Below are positions 27,206 through 37,261 of a stretch of DNA of 64,000 nucleotides, piece after piece. The stretch is from contig CAYGGE010000001.1 in NCBI GenBank assembly GCA_964349485.1, positions 4,665 through 68,664 on the forward strand, written 5' to 3'. The position numbers and the translations under genes were made by a program. The notes under the pieces are model-generated. The model ran no database searches. It saw nothing but the letters and a program-made list of their open reading frames with translations, and had not been told where the DNA came from. The stretch comes from an uncultured Candidatus Saccharibacteria bacterium (GTDB taxonomy: Bacteria; Patescibacteriota; UBA1384; CAYGGE01). Position 1 is the first letter of the stretch, and each line of letters opens with the position of its first letter.

Positions 27206-28255
27206 ATGGAATACGTACTTAGTGCTGTCCTCACTACAATTTTAGCCGTGCTTCTGACACCACTTGTTCGCAAAGTGGCGATTGATCGGCATATCGTTGA
27301 TGTTCCTGGTGGCCGCCGGGTGAATACGAGTCCAATACCCCGAATGGGAGGCTTAGCGGTAGTAGTCGCCTTCTGGCTTACGGTGCTTGGTATCCAATTA
27401 GTTAAACCAGAGCTTCTGCACTTTAGTGGGGTTGAAATCTTCGGTATCGATCAAAACTTGCTTGGCGTCTTTCTTGGATCGATGATCCTGTTAGTTACTG
27501 GGATCATCGATGACGTAAAAGGCCTCTCCCCACTCCAAAAGCTAACCGCTCAATTCGCCGCCGCCGCCTGTGTCCCTTTATTTGGGATCCATATCCAATG
27601 GTTGGCTCACCCTCTCGGTGGTGCTGACCTCCAGCTACCCCTTTGGCTAGACACGATCGGGATTATTATCTGGATTGTGGCAATTATCAATGTGGTGAAT
27701 TGGCTCGATGGCTTAGATGGCTTAGCGACCGGTATCGGCACCATTGCCGGGGTAATCCTCTTCTTTCTCTCTCTTGCTCCATTCGTCAATCAACCAGCCA
27801 CGGCATTGCTGGCCCTTATCCTCGCCGGTTCAAGCCTCGGCTTTTTGCGCTATAACTATAACCCAGCTAAGATATTTCTCGGCGACTCTGGTTCGATGTT
27901 TCTAGGCTATATCTTAGCGATTATTGCCGTTATCTCAGGGGGGAAGTTAGCCACCGCTGGTTTAGTCCTCGGCATCCCTATTCTTGATGCCGGATGGGTA
28001 ATCGTTCGTCGTCTCGCCACTGGCCAATCCCCTTGGGCAGCCGATCGGAAGCATCTCCATCACCGGCTACTTGACGCCGGTCTCAACCAACGTCAAACCG
28101 TAGCCCTCTATTGGACATTTTCCGCCCTCTTTGGCGGCATCGCCCTAGCTAGCCAAACCTACGGCAAAACCCTGGCCGGACTGGCCATAGTAGTACTGAT
28201 GATTGCTCTAGGCATCACCTTAATGATAATCGAGAAACGAATCGTTAAAGATTAA
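27206..28255 (+). CDS. Polyprenyl-phosphate N-acetylhexosamine-1-phosphate transferase (MraY/WecA family, GT4)
   Basis: NVVNWLDGLDGLATG signature; the DD..D motif contexts and about 10 TM helices are characteristic. MraY and WecA cannot be discriminated by eye. Confidence 0.8.
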   Translation: MEYVLSAVLTTILAVLLTPLVRKVAIDRHIVDVPGGRRVNTSPIPRMGGLAVVVAFWLTVLGIQLVKPELLHFSGVEIFGIDQNLLGVFLGSMILLVTGIIDDVKGLSPLQKLTAQFAAAACVPLFGIHIQWLAHPLGGADLQLPLWLDTIGIIIWIVAIINVVNWLDGLDGLATGIGTIAGVILFFLSLAPFVNQPATALLALILAGSSLGFLRYNYNPAKIFLGDSGSMFLGYILAIIAVISGGKLATAGLVLGIPILDAGWVIVRRLATGQSPWAADRKHLHHRLLDAGLNQRQTVALYWTFSALFGGIALASQTYGKTLAGLAIVVLMIALGITLMIIEKRIVKD

Positions 28256-28803
28256 TGTTTGATTAGTCGGCGCTTGGCTCGTAGCGCGGTCTCAACTCGC
28301 TCGCCAGATAGTGCACGGGTGGCCGTCAGTATTTTTTCTTGGACTTCAAACGGATCCTCAACGAACGGTAGTTCGACTCGGTCCTTGATCCCCATAATTG
28401 CCAGCATAACGATGCCGAAATTTAACATGGTTCCCGACATTCCCTGGGTGTTCGAAGCCACAGATTGAATCTTTTCGAGACTATAATCCTCAATCTGGCG
28501 TGACCAAAGGCTACTTTGAGTAATGGTTATTACCCGCTGGTTAGTGATGAGATAGAGCGAGTTCCACCAGAGGAACCATTCGTAACCACCATAAATCAGT
28601 AAGATTGGCCCCAAGATGAAAAGGCTCCAGATTGAGGGACCAGAAAATTGGAAGTAGACGAAAATGAGGATGAGAAGAACTAAACCAAGGCTCACAAATA
28701 AGCCTGGCTTCGCCAACGCCCAAGGATGACGATGGATAAGCTGAATTAGCTCCTCATCCTCCCGCTGTCCACGAAAAGTTGTCATGTTTTTGTCATTATG
28801 CAT
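28252..28803 (-). CDS. Membrane protein with bacterial PH (bPH_2/YdbS-like) domain, hypothetical
   Basis: Two N-terminal TMs followed by ...YLITNQRVITITQSSLWSRQIEDYSLEKIQSVASNTQGMSGTMLNFGIVML, which resembles the DUF304/bPH fold pattern. Confidence 0.4.
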   Translation of the reverse strand: MHNDKNMTTFRGQREDEELIQLIHRHPWALAKPGLFVSLGLVLLILIFVYFQFSGPSIWSLFILGPILLIYGGYEWFLWWNSLYLITNQRVITITQSSLWSRQIEDYSLEKIQSVASNTQGMSGTMLNFGIVMLAIMGIKDRVELPFVEDPFEVQEKILTATRALSGERVETALRAKRRLIKH

Positions 28804-28823
28804 TTGGATTTTGTCGTTAATGA

Positions 28824-30359
28824 TTAATGTACCGTCGGTTCCTTGGCTCCAGCGAACAATTTGCTGATGCCGCCAACTATCTCATGTAGACCACTAGCGA
28901 AGTCTTCAATAGCCAGGGTCTCTTTCTTGGTATCGTACCATATCGGCATCTGAAACGGATGCTCTCGAAACCGTCTGGCCCAAGAAGTTTCCTGACGTAG
29001 TACCACCGCGTATGGCAAAAAGCGTTGGTAATAATCTTGAGAGCCCTCGGTATAACCTATGAGCGTTGGGTCGGCAAGGTAATTACTAAACAGCTGCCAC
29101 TGCTGTCTGGCCGCCTCCCCTGTCTTAGTCAGTAAAGGCATAGAAGTTGCGAAAAATATAATGACTAGAGCCGTGGTCATCATGCCAGCAAATAAGAAGA
29201 CGAGATAGGCTGGCTCAATCTCAAGAAGCAACGTTGTCGCAAAGCTCATTAGGCCCAAGAAAAACAGAAAGAATCCGAGGAAACGATATCGGGCATGAAC
29301 CGAGGCAGGGTTATGCAAAAAGTAACCAGCTGACGTGGCCCCATCGTACATAGCAAGATAGACTTTAGCGATGGTCCGGGAGAACAGTGCTCCACCAAGT
29401 CCGAGCTCTACATCCTGTTGATTCGCCTTATAATTTTTGTCTGGGAACATTTGAGTCAGTAGGAGGAGTTCAAACGATTGTAGATTCTGCCATGGCGCTC
29501 GCTTAGCAAACGAGAATTGCCCGTCGCCTTTATTAAAAATAGTCAGGTAACCACGATTCGCCAGATCGATCAAGGTCGCCGCAATCTCTCGGCTAGTAAT
29601 CCGGCCATGGACGATAATGCCGACAATTGCTGGTGGCAAGCGTTGGGGGATATCTGATATTTCACCTGTTGGTTGGCCAGCAAAGAAGCTTTTGATAGTT
29701 AATCTAAACATCACTATAAGGGCCATAAAGGTGAGTAGTGGCAATGTGATACCTACTCCTAGCCATATGCTCGGTGGTAAGTTGACCATCGTCGCTATGA
29801 CTGTTCGCCATAAAGGCCAGCTAACGGTCCCCTTTGGCAGCTGAGCAGCAATGGTGTATGTTGCTTCAGGGCCGAGGCCAACTGCACTATACTCGATCGT
29901 CTGTTCATCGACTTTGGTCGCACTGGCTTGATCGATACCGTGGACAGCAAAGGACTGAATCTTGGTACCCGCTGGCAGGCCAGCAGTGAAGGTAACCCGA
30001 ACAGTCAGGTAATCAAGATAATTTTTTGGCTTGTCGATTACTTTATACTTAAACTCATCGAAATTCCGTTGTGGCCGAAAGAGCCCAGAGGTCGGTTGAC
30101 CGTCGACCATGACCCGACCGTCACTGGCTACCGCAACGTTAATCACCGCGGCGGCTGATGGATCGACACTGTAATTCTCTTGAATCTCTTCCGGTGAAGC
30201 GAAGGGCGAATCGATTGCGCTAATCGTATACCCTACTCCACCGATGAACAATGCTATGACCAGCCAGAAAAACAAGTGACGTTTTCGTAAACGCACCGAT
30301 GAAGCCAATCCTTGTATGACTGCGAGAAGACTCGATGATTTTTTGGTTTTCTTGGCCAT
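28824..30359 (-). CDS. Large membrane protein (DUF2207-like topology: N-terminal TM, exported domain, C-terminal TM bundle), hypothetical
   Basis: N-terminal anchor HLFFWLVIALFIGGVGY, about 170-aa exported region, then four or more hydrophobic helices. Confidence 0.4.
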   Translation of the reverse strand: MAKKTKKSSSLLAVIQGLASSVRLRKRHLFFWLVIALFIGGVGYTISAIDSPFASPEEIQENYSVDPSAAAVINVAVASDGRVMVDGQPTSGLFRPQRNFDEFKYKVIDKPKNYLDYLTVRVTFTAGLPAGTKIQSFAVHGIDQASATKVDEQTIEYSAVGLGPEATYTIAAQLPKGTVSWPLWRTVIATMVNLPPSIWLGVGITLPLLTFMALIVMFRLTIKSFFAGQPTGEISDIPQRLPPAIVGIIVHGRITSREIAATLIDLANRGYLTIFNKGDGQFSFAKRAPWQNLQSFELLLLTQMFPDKNYKANQQDVELGLGGALFSRTIAKVYLAMYDGATSAGYFLHNPASVHARYRFLGFFLFFLGLMSFATTLLLEIEPAYLVFLFAGMMTTALVIIFFATSMPLLTKTGEAARQQWQLFSNYLADPTLIGYTEGSQDYYQRFLPYAVVLRQETSWARRFREHPFQMPIWYDTKKETLAIEDFASGLHEIVGGISKLFAGAKEPTVH

Positions 30360-30435
30360 ACCCTACCTTCGTGACGAGCTTCTTCGTGTTCTAGCACGGT
30401 TAGTGCTCAATGCCTACTAAACGAAGAACTTAAGC

Positions 30436-31434
30436 CTATTGTACCATCTTTTCTTCACTGATTTCAGGTAGAACCAGTGGTTTTTGCGTAAGGCTAGCGG
30501 CTAAAACTTTAAGACCTAAGAGTGGCTCGGCGATCGAGAGCTTACCGGCCATATCGAGCTCGAACAGATAATAGTAGACAATCCGCAATTCATCTTGAGT
30601 ATAATGATGAAGCATTGAGAGAGTCTTCTCGACCACAAATGGATGAAGACCAAGCTGTTTGGAGAGTTGCTGACGGGGCATGTCCTGAGCTAAAGCATCG
30701 GCAAGGAGAATCATGGTTCGATACTGACTGGCTACCAAACCAAGGAGACCGTGACCCGATTCGTCGGGATCGGTGGCCGAAAGCAAGGTTAGCGCCCGCT
30801 TGCCTTCTCTCGCGCCAAAGGCATCGGTCAGGGCAAAGATGGAATCAAGCCCAGGCTTTTGCATAGTCAGCGCCTCGATATCCGCTTCAACTATAACGTC
30901 TGTCTGGCCATTCGCCATTGCGTAAAGAGCTAGTTTTTCCAATTCATTCTCAACCTGCCAGAGATCGCCACCAACTCGTGTAACTAGCAACTCAATCTGT
31001 TTAGGCTGCAAGGTTAAACCCTTTAGTTCGGCCTGTTTTTTGACATATGTCGCTAATGCTGAACCGACTGGTAGGTCGAAGGCCTCAGATTGCTTTGGCT
31101 GGTTAAGAGCGTTAAAGATCTTGGTACGGACATCGGGCTTACCGGTTTCATAGAAAAATAAGACCGTCGACGATGGTACGACCTTTAGTTCCCCGACCAG
31201 GTCAGCGATAACCTCTTTGTTGCCTTTGGTCAACAGATCGCGAACAATTACCAGACGGTTCTTGGCCAAGAAAGGCCGAGTTTGGACCTGCCGACGGAAA
31301 TCATCCTTGGTTAGGGACTCCCCTTCCAGTGTTACGAGATCAGTATCACCAGACACGCTTAAGTAACGCTGCTTAATTTGCTGCAACTTCTTGAAGCTTC
31401 GATAGGTGTCAGGGCCGTGAAGAAAATAGATCAT
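30436..31434 (-). CDS. holA: DNA polymerase III delta subunit
   Basis: 332 aa; N-terminus MIYFLHGPDTYRSFKKLQQIKQRY follows the delta-subunit pattern and its size fits. Confidence 0.65.
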   Translation of the reverse strand: MIYFLHGPDTYRSFKKLQQIKQRYLSVSGDTDLVTLEGESLTKDDFRRQVQTRPFLAKNRLVIVRDLLTKGNKEVIADLVGELKVVPSSTVLFFYETGKPDVRTKIFNALNQPKQSEAFDLPVGSALATYVKKQAELKGLTLQPKQIELLVTRVGGDLWQVENELEKLALYAMANGQTDVIVEADIEALTMQKPGLDSIFALTDAFGAREGKRALTLLSATDPDESGHGLLGLVASQYRTMILLADALAQDMPRQQLSKQLGLHPFVVEKTLSMLHHYTQDELRIVYYYLFELDMAGKLSIAEPLLGLKVLAASLTQKPLVLPEISEEKMVQ

Positions 31435-31593
31435 GGGGCTGGTTACCGAGAATAATTATACCAGTTACTAGCAACCAGTTACTAGCACAACCAGCCCCGG
31501 TGGTTGACAGAAGCGCTCTCTGGCGGTAAACTGCGCATACTACTGAAGTAGCAACGGGCGGCTTCAGCGCTCCTTGGAGAAACGGAGAGTCAG

Positions 31594-32124
31594 ATGGGAC
31601 TTTTTATCGGGCTATGTGGCCTTGTGTTGCTCGTTAGCGGCTTCGTGTTGTACCGAGCTGGAACGCTCGGCTACACACTAAAAGTCGACAACGACCACGA
31701 AATTAACTTGGAGCATACGGGGTTAATCGTCGTGAGAAGGGTCGAGCCGGCGGCCGGAGAGTTTAGGGTGATTGCCTCACCGGCTGACCAATCGAATAAC
31801 CCGGCGAAGGATATCGGACTAACTATACCTTCTAAGCGAGTTATCCCGCTTTCCCAGCTCGCCAAGGCGAGAGGAATAATACTCTACGCTCCGGCGTTCC
31901 TAGTGATCGACCAGGAACTGTATCTCGCTCGACCTGATGAGATTATCAGGAACGCTGACCAACGCGAAGTAATCAAGCCTAGGGCGAGGATCATGCTTCT
32001 GTCTGAATACCACATATGGCGACGTAATCAAGCTATGTTCGGCCTGATTGGCTGCGGCCTAGGTATGGCTGGTCTAATTGGTGCACTGATCGTCACCTAT
32101 GTTGGTGTCGGCGGTGGTCCGTAA
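31594..32124 (+). CDS. Hypothetical membrane protein (N- and C-terminal TM segments)
   Basis: MGLFIGLCGLVLLVSGFVLY...FGLIGCGLGMAGLIGALIVTYVGVGGGP. Confidence 0.45.
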   Translation: MGLFIGLCGLVLLVSGFVLYRAGTLGYTLKVDNDHEINLEHTGLIVVRRVEPAAGEFRVIASPADQSNNPAKDIGLTIPSKRVIPLSQLAKARGIILYAPAFLVIDQELYLARPDEIIRNADQREVIKPRARIMLLSEYHIWRRNQAMFGLIGCGLGMAGLIGALIVTYVGVGGGP

Positions 32125-32193
32125 AGCGCGGACCGGGTGAGCGCTCTACCTCAAGGCCCTGCTAGGGCCAGAAAGCGAGTAATCGATTAACAG

Positions 32194-32221
32194 GCCGCCG
32201 CGGGACGAACTACCCGCGGCG
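32194..32221. terminator. GC-rich hairpin (10-bp perfect stem CCGCCGCGGG/CCCGCGGCGG, 8-nt loop) in convergent intergenic region
   Basis: Read directly. Two further short hairpins lie in 32130-32180. There is no strong U-tract. Confidence 0.35.
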
Positions 32222-32227
32222 GACCCC

Positions 32228-33043
32228 TTATCTTGAAGCAGTGAACTCAGCAACGACGGCAGAAAGGCCGCTTTTTTGATTGTCCCAATCGGAGCCCCAG
32301 CGTGTGGCGGCTTCGATTTCAACATACGAGACGCCGTTCTCTTCGCACCACTCTCTAGCCGTGCCTGTCTGCTTGAGTTCTTCCCATTCTTTATCGGAGC
32401 TGAGACGATAGCCGGTCTTTTCTGAGAATAGCTTGGCGATCATTCGGGCTAAAGGCTGTTTGTTGGCCATAACGTCACGGCCAGCGCTATGGAATGCGAT
32501 AACGAGTTCGATCTTTTCTATTAGTATCAAGTTAGTCAACGCCTTGATCTCCGGCTCTGAGCCTCCTGTCTCACCACAAAAGACCGAGGTCCGCTCTTGG
32601 TAGTCTTTCCCATGATTCCAGTCGGACCGAGACTGAAAGCTCTTGGTTGGATAGTTCCGGTTGAGGTCAACGTTGCGGCCGTTAAACCGACCAATTCGTC
32701 CGCCATTGAAGTAGTCGGGATGTTTTTGTGCGAGAGCATAGCCATCAGGATTCAGACAAGGAATAGCGTACAGGGTCAGACCCTGCAGAGGGTTGTTCCC
32801 TAGCCAAGCCAATAGATGATGGATGAGCTTGACGGTCCCTACTTCGTTCCCATGGGTTCCGCCAACAATAAGAATTTTTCTTTGGCCATTGCCAACTTGA
32901 GACAATTCGACTTTGCGATCCTGCGCGCTCTTAGTAAGAGTGATCAATTCAAAAGGAATTGTCGGCACTAGCTCGGCATTCTGCCAGATGCCAAGTAGAC
33001 CACGACGGATTGAGCCAACTTGTTTTTTTAGTTTTGAGCGCAT
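32228..33043 (-). CDS. M14-like zinc carboxypeptidase / AstE-AspA family hydrolase
   Basis: ILIVGGTHGNEVGTV (HxxE zinc site in context), downstream His in FHSAGR...; 271 aa. Confidence 0.5.
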   Translation of the reverse strand: MRSKLKKQVGSIRRGLLGIWQNAELVPTIPFELITLTKSAQDRKVELSQVGNGQRKILIVGGTHGNEVGTVKLIHHLLAWLGNNPLQGLTLYAIPCLNPDGYALAQKHPDYFNGGRIGRFNGRNVDLNRNYPTKSFQSRSDWNHGKDYQERTSVFCGETGGSEPEIKALTNLILIEKIELVIAFHSAGRDVMANKQPLARMIAKLFSEKTGYRLSSDKEWEELKQTGTAREWCEENGVSYVEIEAATRWGSDWDNQKSGLSAVVAEFTASR

Positions 33044-33105
33044 GTATGTCCTAAACCTGCTAAGGGTCCGACCCTCTGAACCTGATAGAATCTACACGTT
33101 GATTG

Positions 33106-35868
33106 TTAAATAACCAGTTTATCCATCTCGTCCCAGTTATCGCCAACTTTGACTTCGGCTAGCAATGGAACCGATAAATTATCTACGTCTTCCATCAGGC
33201 TTTTTGTCTGGCGCGAGAAATCGCTAACCGCAGCAATAGGCACCTCAAAGACCAGTTCATCGTGAACTTGCAGTAGCATCTTTGCACCATATTTCTCGAG
33301 CACGCTAGAATGGGCGATCTGAATCATCGCCAGCTTCATAATATCAGCAGCCGTGCCTTGAACAGGCATGTTCGTTGCCGTTCGTTCCGCAGCCCCGCGA
33401 ACGACGAAGTTAGCCGACTTAATCTCCGGAATATAGCGACGCCTCCCAAAAACTGTTTCAACATAGCCCTCACTTCGAGCTCTAGCGAGAACATCGTCTA
33501 AGAACTTTCGTACTCCAGCGTATGTCGTGAAGTACTGATCGATATACTCCTTAGCTTGTTTCATGGGCACCCCAAGCTGATAGGCCGTAGAATAGGCACC
33601 CTGACCGTACAACACAGCGAAATTAAGGGTCTTGCCTACCCGTCTATCGACCATCAAGGTATCGGCTACTTCCTGGTGGATGTCCCGGTTCTCAGCGAAG
33701 GCCTTAATGAGCGCTTTGTCTCCTGATAAATGAGCCACAACCCGCAGTTCAATCTGGGAGTAGTCGATCGAAACCAACTTATAGCCTTTGTCAGCGATGA
33801 ACGCTCGGCGGGTTTCACGGCCGAGTTCAGTGCGAATAGGGATGTTCTGTAGGTTGGGATCGAGGCTAGCTAGCCGTCCGGTCGCGGCCGTAGTCTGACT
33901 GTAGTTGGTATGGATTCGTTGGTCTTTATCGACCTGCTTGGGAAGGGTTTCGATGTAGGTTGAGAGCAACTTGGCAATCTCGCGGTACTCAAACATGAGT
34001 TCAATTATTGGGTGCATGCCGCGGAGTTTCTCTAGTTCAGATGCTGCCGTAGAAAAACCAGTCTTGGTCTTCTTCATGTCCGGATGTTTCAATTGGAGCT
34101 TATCAAAAAGAACAACCGCTAGTTGCTGGGTTGAGTTAATATTAAACTCTTGCCCCGCATGGTGGTAAATCTCTTTGATCAGTTCCTCGATACGTTTCTG
34201 AAGTCGTTTGGCCAGTTCTAACAGGTAACCAACGTCGAGTTTCACCCCAATCTCTTCCATGCTCGCCAAGACTGGAACTAGTGGCATTTCGAGTTCATAA
34301 AAAACTTTATGCAACGAGCCGTCATCTATCTGTGGAGCAAAGCGGTGATAAAGACGCAAGGTACAGTCAGCATCTTCGCAAGCGTAATCGGCAACTTTAT
34401 CGATAGGAGCATCGATTAAAGACTCAAGTTTCTTCACGCCGATAAGGTCAGCTAAGGGTATCTTTTCGATACCGAGCTCAACGAAGCTTACTGGGTCGAG
34501 CCCGTGCTGACGATTGCCTGGATTTAGCAAGAATGAAGCGATCATCGTATCAAATGACAGTGGGGTAACCGTAATACCCTCTTTGCGCATAGCCAGATAG
34601 TCATATTTCATATTATGACCAACTTTTTTGAGCGCCTCGTTTTCGAGTATCGGCTTGAGTGCGGCCAGTAGCTCATGGCGTTTACCTTTGCTCCATGAGG
34701 CATTGAGGGGAACATAATGCGCCTCCCCTTCCTTAATAGAGAATGACATCCCAATCACTGGACCGTTAAGGTAGTCCGTTTCCGTATCAAAAGCCATCAG
34801 TTTAGCGGATTTTAGAGTCTTTATGAGCGCTTCAAACTGACTTTGAGAGTCGATCAGTTGGTAATGCTTGTTGATGACTTTTGAGGAGACCGCATGAGGG
34901 ACTGGATGGCCAAACAAACTGGTTTGGGATGCATTGGGCGAAACGACAGATTCAGCTAACGCTCTATCACTAGTTTCCGGTAACCGTGGCAGTAACGACC
35001 GGAATTCGAGCTCCTTAAGCAAGGCAATAGCTTTTGGGCGGTCATAGTCTTTAAGTTTCGCCGCCATCAAATCCAATTCGATCGGCACATCGCAAACGAT
35101 TTGAGAGAGATGTTGACTGTCGTATGCTTGCTGTTTACCGTCAAGAAGGATCTGTCGAATCCGTGGGGTAATCTTTACTGGCGCCTTATCAGGATCACCC
35201 TTCTCAAGATACTCATATAAACCATCGAGCGAGTGAAAGGCCTGGATCAGCGCACTAGCTGTCTTCTCGCCAATGCCGTCGACACCGGTAATATTGTCTG
35301 ACACATCACCTTTTAACGCTTTAAAGTCGACGAACTGTTCAGGACTCAGACCATATTTCTCGATGACTGTCTCAGAGTCGTACACTACCGTATCGGTAAA
35401 ACCTTTGCGCATTGTGTAAACTTTGACCAAGTGATTAACGAGCTGTAACGTATCCATGTCACCAGTAACGATCATGGTTTCCACATTCAGCTTTTTGGCT
35501 TGTACGGAGATGGTCCCGATCACGTCATCAGCCTCAAAACCTTTGACTTCGAATATGGGGATGTTCAAGGTCCGAACGATCTCCTTAACTCGATCAAACT
35601 GAGCGTAAAGATCATCGGGTGCTTTGGCCCGAGTAGCTTTATATTCCTTATAGGCTTCATGACGAAAGGTCGGTCCAGCTAAATCGAAAGCGACTGCTAC
35701 GTATTCCGGCTGCATATCTTGAATCGCTTTCAACAATAGAGTCGTAAAGCCATAAACCGCATTCACTAACTCACCCTGTTTGGTGGTCAGGGGCGGCAAG
35801 GCGTGGTAAGCCCGATGGATGAGGGCATTCCCATCAACTAAGACGAGACGTTTGAGCTTGGTTGGCAT
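33106..35868 (-). CDS. polA: DNA polymerase I
   Basis: 920 aa; N-terminal 5'-3' exonuclease (FEN) domain, a 3'-5' exonuclease-like middle domain, and a C-terminal family-A polymerase domain (DYSQIELR..., QVHDEL...). Confidence 0.95.
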   Translation of the reverse strand: MPTKLKRLVLVDGNALIHRAYHALPPLTTKQGELVNAVYGFTTLLLKAIQDMQPEYVAVAFDLAGPTFRHEAYKEYKATRAKAPDDLYAQFDRVKEIVRTLNIPIFEVKGFEADDVIGTISVQAKKLNVETMIVTGDMDTLQLVNHLVKVYTMRKGFTDTVVYDSETVIEKYGLSPEQFVDFKALKGDVSDNITGVDGIGEKTASALIQAFHSLDGLYEYLEKGDPDKAPVKITPRIRQILLDGKQQAYDSQHLSQIVCDVPIELDLMAAKLKDYDRPKAIALLKELEFRSLLPRLPETSDRALAESVVSPNASQTSLFGHPVPHAVSSKVINKHYQLIDSQSQFEALIKTLKSAKLMAFDTETDYLNGPVIGMSFSIKEGEAHYVPLNASWSKGKRHELLAALKPILENEALKKVGHNMKYDYLAMRKEGITVTPLSFDTMIASFLLNPGNRQHGLDPVSFVELGIEKIPLADLIGVKKLESLIDAPIDKVADYACEDADCTLRLYHRFAPQIDDGSLHKVFYELEMPLVPVLASMEEIGVKLDVGYLLELAKRLQKRIEELIKEIYHHAGQEFNINSTQQLAVVLFDKLQLKHPDMKKTKTGFSTAASELEKLRGMHPIIELMFEYREIAKLLSTYIETLPKQVDKDQRIHTNYSQTTAATGRLASLDPNLQNIPIRTELGRETRRAFIADKGYKLVSIDYSQIELRVVAHLSGDKALIKAFAENRDIHQEVADTLMVDRRVGKTLNFAVLYGQGAYSTAYQLGVPMKQAKEYIDQYFTTYAGVRKFLDDVLARARSEGYVETVFGRRRYIPEIKSANFVVRGAAERTATNMPVQGTAADIMKLAMIQIAHSSVLEKYGAKMLLQVHDELVFEVPIAAVSDFSRQTKSLMEDVDNLSVPLLAEVKVGDNWDEMDKLVI

Positions 35869-35907
35869 GCCTTGAGTATATATGAGATAGCTTGAGTTGA
35901 TAAGTAG

Positions 35908-37209
35908 TTATTTTGATTTAGCTAAAACCTTTAGTTCCTCCTTAACCACTTCCTGGTCGGCCCATGGCACATGTGCTGAACCAACAACCCGGTGGGTCAG
36001 AGCCCCCATCCCAGAAACGAGAACAACGTCACCTTTTTTGGCCAGCTCTAACGCTCTCCGAATCGCCTCCCTGCGGTCGGAGATAGTTAGGAAATTTTGG
36101 CCTTCGGTCATGGGGTGATTCTTGTTAGCGCCCCTTGGTACTCCTCTAGCAATCTCTTCGATAATCTTAGCGGAATCTTCAGTGTAAGGCTCTTCATCAG
36201 TTAGAATCACTACATCAGCGTTGCGGCCGGCGATAGCACCCATAATCGGTCGTTTGGTCTTATCCCGATCCCCTGTCGCGCCAAAGACATGGATGATTTT
36301 ACCGGTCGTGGCTGGGCGTAACGTTTCATAAATCTTTTCAAACGAGTCAGGTGTGTGGGCGTAGTCAACGATCACCGTAAAGTCCTGACCTTCATCGATC
36401 CGCTCCATGCGCCCCTTGACCGATTCAAGGCTTTCTATTGCCTCTTTAATAGTCGGTAGCGGTATACCTAAACCGACACCAACGGTCGCCGCACCAAGCA
36501 TGTTATATACGTTAAACCGACCAGGTAGGGTGCTATTGATCTGGATCTCACCTTTTGGCGCAACCAGAATGAATGAGCTTTGAGTAGCCATGGCGTCGAA
36601 AGTGATCTTTTTAGCGGTTATGTGAGCCCGGTGCTCAATACCAAAGGTTAATTTCTTGTCGGCCGGAAAACGATAAAAGTAAGAGCTATTTTTGTCGTCG
36701 ATGTTGACGATCGAGAGATTGGGGTGATTGGCGAACATCTTCCCCTTCGCCTCGCGGTAGTCTGCGAAGGTTTTGTGGTAGTCTAAATGATCGTGGGTTA
36801 AGTTGGTAAAGACCGAAACATGGTAATCGATCCCAAAAGTCCGCCACTGGGCTAGTGAATGACTCGTCGTCTCAACCACCGCATACTGACAGCCTGCTTC
36901 GGCCATCTGTTTGAGCAGTTGTTGGAGTTGAAATGGGGGTAGGGTACCCATATTTGTCTCATTCGGCCACTCCTTATCCGCAATCTTGAACATGACAGTC
37001 GAAAGCATACCAACTTTATAGCCGGCAGCTTGGATGATGCGAGCAATCAGGTGGGCTGTGGTAGTTTTGCCTTTTGTACCAGTGACCCCGATGATGATCA
37101 TCTTCTTTGCAGGAAAACCATAAATATACGCTGCAGCTACTCCTCGAACCTTGTGGCTAGCAAGAATGGCAGACTCTGGAAGAATTTTTCTGAGAAGTTT
37201 TTTGATCAT
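35908..37209 (-). CDS. Mur ligase family protein, MurE-like (UDP-MurNAc-tripeptide synthetase) lacking most of the N-terminal domain
   Basis: P-loop IIGVTGTKGKTTTAHLI, VDYAHTPDSFEKIY (MurE-type DYAHTPD), C-terminal domain. The usual DNPR position reads TDEEPY, suggesting a non-mDAP amino acid. Only 433 aa, so MurT-like identity cannot be excluded. Confidence 0.65.
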   Translation of the reverse strand: MIKKLLRKILPESAILASHKVRGVAAAYIYGFPAKKMIIIGVTGTKGKTTTAHLIARIIQAAGYKVGMLSTVMFKIADKEWPNETNMGTLPPFQLQQLLKQMAEAGCQYAVVETTSHSLAQWRTFGIDYHVSVFTNLTHDHLDYHKTFADYREAKGKMFANHPNLSIVNIDDKNSSYFYRFPADKKLTFGIEHRAHITAKKITFDAMATQSSFILVAPKGEIQINSTLPGRFNVYNMLGAATVGVGLGIPLPTIKEAIESLESVKGRMERIDEGQDFTVIVDYAHTPDSFEKIYETLRPATTGKIIHVFGATGDRDKTKRPIMGAIAGRNADVVILTDEEPYTEDSAKIIEEIARGVPRGANKNHPMTEGQNFLTISDRREAIRRALELAKKGDVVLVSGMGALTHRVVGSAHVPWADQEVVKEELKVLAKSK

Positions 37210-37261
37210 GAAGGTATCGTATTAGGTTTACTACAGAGGCGCAAGGACTAGACCAACAATG

